Source of the DNA: Octopus vulgaris
Lineage: Eukaryota
Direction of reading: 5' to 3'
Assembly (NCBI GenBank): GCA_951406725.2
Contig: OX597815.1
Span: 168,206,001 to 168,270,000 of the forward strand
DNA: 64,000 nucleotides
The number at the start of each line of letters is the position of its first letter. Position 1 is the stretch's first letter. This document shows, piece by piece, positions 57,180 through 64,000 of the stretch. The notes beneath the pieces are model-generated. The model did not search any database. It was not told the origin of the DNA and saw only the letters and a list, made by a program, of their open reading frames with translations. The position numbers were made by a program, and so were the translations under genes.

Positions 57180-58255
57180 GCTTGGCCTTCTGAACTGGTC
57201 ACTACAAGAACTCGGTGAGATAGATGTTCGAACTCGCAAGCTACTCAGTGCTACAGGCAACTTAATATCAATGGAGAAGTCGACAGGTTATACTTTCCAC
57301 ATAAGTATGGTGACCGTGCTCTCAAATCTGTATTGATGTCATATGAAGCACATATTGTGACACCGGAACAACGATTGCAGCAAAGGAAAAAGACCAGTAA
57401 CCATCTTGCTCAAATTTCTGGCCATGAAATCAACAACATAGTTGGGTTAGCTAATGAACTTGAAAAGAGGTATGAAATAAGAGCTGATTCCGATCTCTAC
57501 ACAAGGAGCATTTGTAAAAGCTATTTATCAGGAGAGCAAAATTTACAAAATGGATGAGTTCACTGAGAAGACAGCACATGGATATTTGACACGAAAATAT
57601 CAAACCAGAGAAGGGATAAATCATGTCAAAAACTTGGCATTGAGTACCGACAAGTTTATGACATCCTACTTCGAAGGCTACTTCCATGCAATTAAAGAAT
57701 AAGAGATCTCCACCTAGCATTTACTGGATAAGCGGCAGAAAACGTTAACAGACAAATGTAGGTTGTGCAAGACCAACACTGAATACATCAACCATATTAC
57801 TGCCAACTGTGAGAGAATGTCTTCCGGATATTATCTTCCCATGGGGCATGATGCAGTGGCCAGAACAGTCTAGAACAGGATAGCAAAACAGAAAACACCT
57901 ACTGACGAAGTTGACTACATTGAAACCAATGGGTTAAAAGAATATCTGTGGAAATTAATAATTAAAACAGCCACAAAGTTAAATCAGCTGCACTCTGGAC
58001 ACCGATGTGATGAGAAAAATACTACAGAACGAGTACATCTATAAACCATTGATAAGAAGTTTGCAAATTCAGTATCCAAGATACACTTTCAGCTTCGTAC
58101 CTATTATTATTGGAGCAGCAAGATATATAACCAACCAGTCTGGAGTAAAATATAGCTGAACTTGGGTTCTTAGGGAGAAAATGCAATTCTTTAATTTATG
58201 CACTAGAAATGTTCGCGATATCTGACACTATAAAATTCTGCAACACCTTAAGATT
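57180..58255 (+). mobile_element. R4/Dong-type RLE non-LTR retrotransposon remnant
   Basis: Reads FEGYFHAIKE*EIST, DKCRLCKTNTEYINHITANC (CCHC), YLPMGHDAVA, EYLWKLIIKT, FVPIIIGA, with stops and frameshifts. Confidence 0.75.
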
Positions 58256-58462
58256 TGCAAAAGATAAACAAAACAAGATGGTATCCAAGTACATACATAT
58301 ATACATGCATATATAAATACATACATACAGACATAAACACTTATATACACTCACTTATATATGTATCTGTGTGTGCGCGTGTATGTATCTGCATCACGCC
58401 AGCTGAATTCAATTCGTCCCCAGTCGAAAGACACCTGTTGTTATGTTCTGTTGTTATTATTA

Positions 58463-58567
<105 letters not shown>

Positions 58568-58602
58568 TATTTTGTATTTATATTCAGCAGCAGCAGCAGC
58601 AA

Positions 58603-58644
<42 letters not shown>

Positions 58645-59041
58645 GATAGTAGTAGTAGTAGTAGTGTATCGTCTATCTGGATGTTTTATTTATATTCGTG
58701 TTACATCGTCTGATGTTTTACGTCCTTGTTTTTTGTATTATATATCGATATATATTTTTTCCATGGAATCTAATGCTCTTAGTCAATTGGTCACCAAGTA
58801 TTCAGTATGGGGCTGGCCAGATTGGAGCAATCTCAAATTAGATTATATCAGCCGAAATTGCGAGGATGATCCGGTTCTTGACTGAGGATTTTAAAAGCTT
58901 CGAATGACCCGTCCTTGTTTGCTCATTTTCACGTATCGTCTATCTGATGTTTTACTGTCTACCTTTTTGTATCAAACACTTTACGTTGTCTTAATAGTTT
59001 TAAAAAGTTCTTTTCCTGCTTGTATCTAATGAGTTCATATG

Positions 59042-59184
<143 letters not shown>

Positions 59185-59188
59185 AAAT

Positions 59189-59475
59189 GGGAGGCGCAAT
59201 GGCCCAGTGGTTAGGGCAGCGGACTCGCGGTCGGAGGATCGCGGTTTCGATTCCCAAGCCGGGCGTTGTGTGTGTTTATTGAGCGAAAACACCTAAAAGC
59301 TCCACGAGGCTCCGACGGGGGTGGGGCGACCCCTGTTGTACGCTTTCGCCACAACTTTCTCTCATTCTCTCTTCCTGTTTCTTGAGTAACGCGATGGACT
59401 GGCGTCCCGTCCAGCTGGGGGGGAACACATACGCCACAGAAACCGGGAAACCTGGCTAGGCTTGAAAAGGGTGAC
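59189..59475 (+). mobile_element. tRNA(Arg)-like SINE, family 3
   Basis: ggaggcgcaatggcccagtggttagggcagcggactcgcggtcggaggatcgcggtttcgattccc. Confidence 0.8.
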
Positions 59476-59489
59476 GTTTTATATATATA

Positions 59490-59548
<59 letters not shown>

Positions 59549-59580
59549 ATGTATATATATATATATATATATATATAAAG

Positions 59581-61096
59581 AGTAGAGGAGATTGAAAACG
59601 CAAGTCATAGACAATCAAACAGATTCCAGCACGCATACATGAATGTAATTGAATCATATATATTTATACACATCAACATAAATCATGCAGGTACATGCGT
59701 AAAGATTCTCCAAGAGTATAAAGAATAAAACGAAACGTACAAAAAATATAGAAGAAATATAAAAATACATATAAAATTACATATAAATAAAGATTACATG
59801 TAAAGAGTTATGCGTGATAAATATAGGAGGCGCAAAACGAATGAGATGATGAGGACATTACAAATATGGGGTATTTCATTTTTAACCCGGACCGGTTATG
59901 TACACCTGAAACGGCCGCAGGTGGAACACCCTCCTATTTTCGGATCCTATTTTATTTATTTTTCTTAACCTTGATATCTTGCGTCATTTCTGTCTTATAT
60001 CCTAGATATACATGTAATTTTTGACGATTTAGACGGTTTCTCATTTTGAAGTTTGACGTTTTTATTCCTATATTTATGAACCTCTCATTGGTTTTGCGCC
60101 TCATATAATTATCACGCATAACTCTTTACATGTAATCTTTATTTATATGTAATTTTATATGTATTTTAATATGTTTTTATATTTCTTCTATATTTTCATG
60201 TATGTTTGGCTTTATTCTTTATACTCTTGGAGATTCTTTACATCTTTACATGCATGATTAATGCTGATGTGTATAAATATATATGATTCAATTACATTGA
60301 TTGAATATCTTCATTTTTGTGTTCTGGAATTTGTTTGACTGCCTATCGGGCAACGCCGGTGGCGGGGGTACTACCTCGTTCTTCTATAGAGGGTTAGTAG
60401 AGTTTAAGTGTAACGACATCCTGGGAGAAACCCTAGGCTTCGACGAAGATTAACTGGCCAACCTGTTCCAAAAAACATTAGGGCCGGGGCCTATGGATAA
60501 TTACCAAAAGTCCCTGGCCTGGCAATGTTATAGAGGAGCTTTACCGGTTCGAGATAAGCCCTTTAGACATGGATGTGCGCCTTCGCCGGTTTGTGCAAGA
60601 TGTGAGCAGAACAATGAAACTGTCTTGCACGCGATTGTGCAATGCCCCAAGGTGACTGAGCTCTGGGCTCAGTCACCAGTCTCTCCAATGAATTTCCAGT
60701 CTCGAGCTAATCGACTTTTTCGTTTTCCACATGAAACGGAAAATAAGGCTGGAGAAGAAATGCCTGTTGCAAAGTGTGTTTCGTAAAAGATGGAAGTCTA
60801 TAGCAAGTATGTTGCAAGTGAAAGAACCTGTTTAAACGAGAATATAAAAAGGAGAAAGCAAAGTCTTCAGTGTGAGTATGTGGTTAGTGGGGTCGACCGC
60901 GTCCTCCGCTTCATTTTTTGTAAATCACTCATTCTCATTTAATTATATATATTTTAATTGTTTGTTTATTCATACGTTTCGTCTCATTCGATACCCTGAC
61001 CCCAATGTTTGTTTTGTTTGTCCTCGTATCGTCCCCTCCTTTTCTCAACCTCATGGTTAATAAAGAAGTTGACTTGCGTTTTCAATCTCCTCTACT
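59581..61096. mobile_element. Fold-back element (arms 59581-59846 and 60083-60347 plus 61071-61096) with a decayed HHR at 59847-59920
   Basis: Long diverged inverted repeat; TGATGA gg...cct GAAA CGGCCG CA. Confidence 0.8.
60347..61070 (+). mobile_element. L1/Tx1 LINE 3' fragment inserted in the right arm of the fold-back
   Basis: GPGPMDNYQKSLAWQCYRGALPVRDK...CARCEQNNETVLHAIVQCP, paralogous to 18661-19320. Confidence 0.82.
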
Positions 61097-61168
61097 GTGT
61101 ATCTTTTCACATTGGCTTTGTATGAGCACTCCGTAAATAGCCCATACTTTCTGTAACATACTTAATAT

Positions 61169-61212
<44 letters not shown>

Positions 61213-61584
61213 TACATACACACACACATATACACACACACACACACACATATGTTTAGTACCTCATACATACATATACAATCAGTGAGAATGAGAATAT
61301 TTATGAACAAACGTTTCTTACATTCTGCAGCTTCAATACTATAATCATTCGCCCACGGCAGTGGGTGAATATATTCTTCAGGTTAACTTTTAGTAACTCA
61401 CGAGCACTTCTAAATTCAGTTCTCAACTACATTTTTTTTTTTTTTTTTTTTGTTTTTTTTAGTATTGCTGGTCCAATCTTCAGCTACATTTTTAGATAAA
61501 ATGATAGAATTTTGATTCATTAACAAAAAAAAAGCTGGGTAAAAATATGTGAGGTCAAAAATGAGAATGTAAGGCGAAACATTG

Positions 61585-62545
61585 ACATTGAATCAAAATA
61601 TATCAGCTATTTTAAGAGGAAAGTATAGATTAACTGGGTTTAAAAGAATATGTTCATTGAGAAGAATGTTTTGGAGGAAAACTTCATATTAGCTAGAAAA
61701 AAAAAGTAGTGTGGTTTTAAATGACGAAAAAATAGTGAGTAACCCCCAAAACTGACTTTGAATCCAAATATCTCAGCTATTGTAATAGAAAACTATTCAA
61801 TAGTTGTGTTCAAAGGAAAGAGCTCTGTGACATGAATGTTATGGTGACAACCTCGTAATAAAATGTTAGCTACAAAAAAGTGATGTGGATTTAAATGACG
61901 GAAAAAAGATCATTTCAACAAATAAAAATATTTTTGTCATTTTAAGATATTTAGCGTGGAGGCGCGTGGCTTAGTGGTTAGGGTGTCAGGATCATGATCG
62001 TAAGATCGTGGTTTCGATTCCTGGACCGGACGACGCGTTGTGTTCTTGTGCAAAACACTTCATTTCACGTTGCTCCAGTCCACTCAGCTGGCAAAAATGT
62101 GTAACGCTGCGATGGACTTTCGTCCCGTCCAGCTGGGGAACACATACGCCATTGAAACCGGGAAACCGGGCCCATGAGCCTGGCTTGGCTTTAAAAGGGC
62201 GCAAATGGGAAGAAAAGGATATTTAGCATTATAAAAGACGTTATCTGATGTTCTGGATCGTTTAGCTTAATGGTACAGAACGCTTGACTAGGGTTTGAGA
62301 AGTATGGGATTCGACGCTCAGTAGCAACTTGCTGACCACTCCCCGCCCCCGCATCTTCTAATGCATTTAGCCAATCTTCTAAACTGTTTTCATAGCAATT
62401 CTACATTCCAGTTTACTTCAGGTGAAAGAGCTCTATGAGAAGAATCTTACAGTGAAAACCTTGTCAAAAATATTAGCTACAAAAAACAGTTGTGCGGCTT
62501 TAAGTGATGTAAGAGGGTGGTAATTTTAAGAAATCAAAATATTTG
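61585..62545 (+). repeat. Degenerate direct repeats of about 170 bp (three copies)
   Basis: Recurring cagctatt...gaatgtt...ttagctacaaaaaa...gtgg(a/t)tttaaatgacg. Confidence 0.5.
61957..62205 (+). mobile_element. tRNA-derived SINE, family 3
   Basis: gtggaggcgcgtggcttagtggttaggg...ggtttcgattcc; flanked by the TSD-like gatatttagc. Confidence 0.82.
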
Positions 62546-63003
62546 TTTTGTTTTTTTTTTAAGAGTAAAATAATATTATTTGAACTCAAATGAAAGAGTT
62601 CATCGAGATTAATATTTTGGGGAAAAGCCCGTCTAAAAATATTAACCATAAAAACAGTTACGATTTTTTTACGATTTCATATTAATTTTTATTATTCTGT
62701 TTATGTATTAAAATATGAACACATTAAAAACATTTTAAAATAAAATATTCTACTTATTAAAAAAACTAATTATTAATCATTTAATATGAATATAACATTT
62801 TATAATAAAAATTGTTTTAAAATATGTTTATTTGTAACAGATATGCTGCTATTAATCTTTTATTATTTTATGTGCAAACAAAATTTCTAAGTTTAAACAA
62901 AATCTTTATTTAATGATATTTTCAACAGTATCATTTTTTTTTCAATTATAAAGGTAAATATAATTGATTATAATAATAGAAGCGTTGTCTGGAAAAAAAG
63001 TGG

Positions 63004-63890
63004 ACTAGAATGAAAAATGCGAGCTCGCAATCATAGAATGTTCTGAAGTATTGAGCATAGAAAAGTACAGAACAAGCAGTAATTAAGTCTGGAAAAGTAT
63101 AGAGCAAGAAGAAAAGAAACTTAAAATATTGTTGCTGAATTTAGAATTTGCTAAACAAATTTCTGAAATTCTTCATCAAAAATACTGTGTGCACTGTTTT
63201 GTTTTCTATATGTCCTTTTTTTTTTTGCTTTTTATTACAAATTTTTTCAATTTAAGTCAATATTTTTGATTTAATAATTTCTTTGTATTAAACTTTCTAT
63301 TAAGCTGTATTAAACATTTCCGTTTTATTTTTAGTATTATATCTTTTGTTAAATTTTTATTATCTTAACAAAACTTATTATCCAAAAATTTTAAATCATA
63401 TATATTGTATTATAAAATTAGACTCATGTAGACTACATGCAATTCAAAAGAGTAAGATATTCTAAAAAAATAAATTTTAAGAAACAGAAGAATTAATTTC
63501 TTTAAAGTTTGAATTATCGGATAATATATTTTTGCATTTACAGTTACAAAAATAAATTGCTCTTTTGTAACTTTTTAAACATGTATATATGTAATATCAA
63601 AATTTTAATGTGTAAACTTGCTGACAATTAGTGTTTTCACAAAAATTGAAAATAAACAGCTTCTTGAGTACTTTAATTCAAACTTTTATCTAAAAATAAA
63701 AAAATACAAAAGGTTATTTATTACTATTTAAGTTTTTAAATTCTAACTTCAGCAGCAATAGTTTAATTTCTTTTCTCTTCTCGTACTGTGCTTTTCCAGG
63801 CTTAATTATTGCTTGATCTGTATTATTGCTTTTCCAGGTTCAATACTTAAGAATATTCCAGGATTTTGCGTCAGCATTTTCCATTCTAGT
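63004..63890. repeat. Large diverged AT-rich inverted repeat
   Basis: 63004-63150 pairs with 63738-63890 (aagcagtaattaagtctggaaaag / cttttccaggcttaattattgctt). Confidence 0.6.
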
Positions 63891-64000
63891 AATAAATTCA
63901 TATTTGTACTCGAAATTTTTCGAGTTGCTAACTCTTACTAACTGTTTGAACATAAATCTTGAACATCAAGTATTTTTCAGACATTTATAAGGACGAACGT

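Overview
AT-rich eukaryotic intergenic or intronic DNA, most likely from an octopus (inferred from the SINE families and the extreme microsatellite density). I found no host protein-coding exon, and most ORFs in the track are translations of (TA)n/(CA)n/(TATG)n/(GATA)n repeats. The window is a patchwork of mobile elements: a 5'-truncated but young-looking Penelope-like element (RT + GIY-YIG, 44574-47248, minus strand); RTE, CR1-group, L1/Tx1, CRE-type and R4/Dong-type LINE fragments; two decayed mariner transposons; a probable hAT derivative; and many tRNA-derived SINEs. The main unexplained signal is more than 15 short non-coding inserts from many unrelated families, mostly embedded in (TA)n tracts. 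Many are fold-back hairpins, and most carry a minimal type I hammerhead ribozyme (HHR) with a palindromic helix III. Their catalytic cores covary at the 3-8 pair (C-G, U-A, G-C, U-G). The hairpin breakpoints cluster at the 5' edge of the ribozyme, and one locus is an ORF-less partial tandem with a 583-bp ribozyme-to-ribozyme period, like a retrozyme. The coding PLE has the same architecture and is the likely model for how these inserts arise. All coordinates and folds were read by eye.
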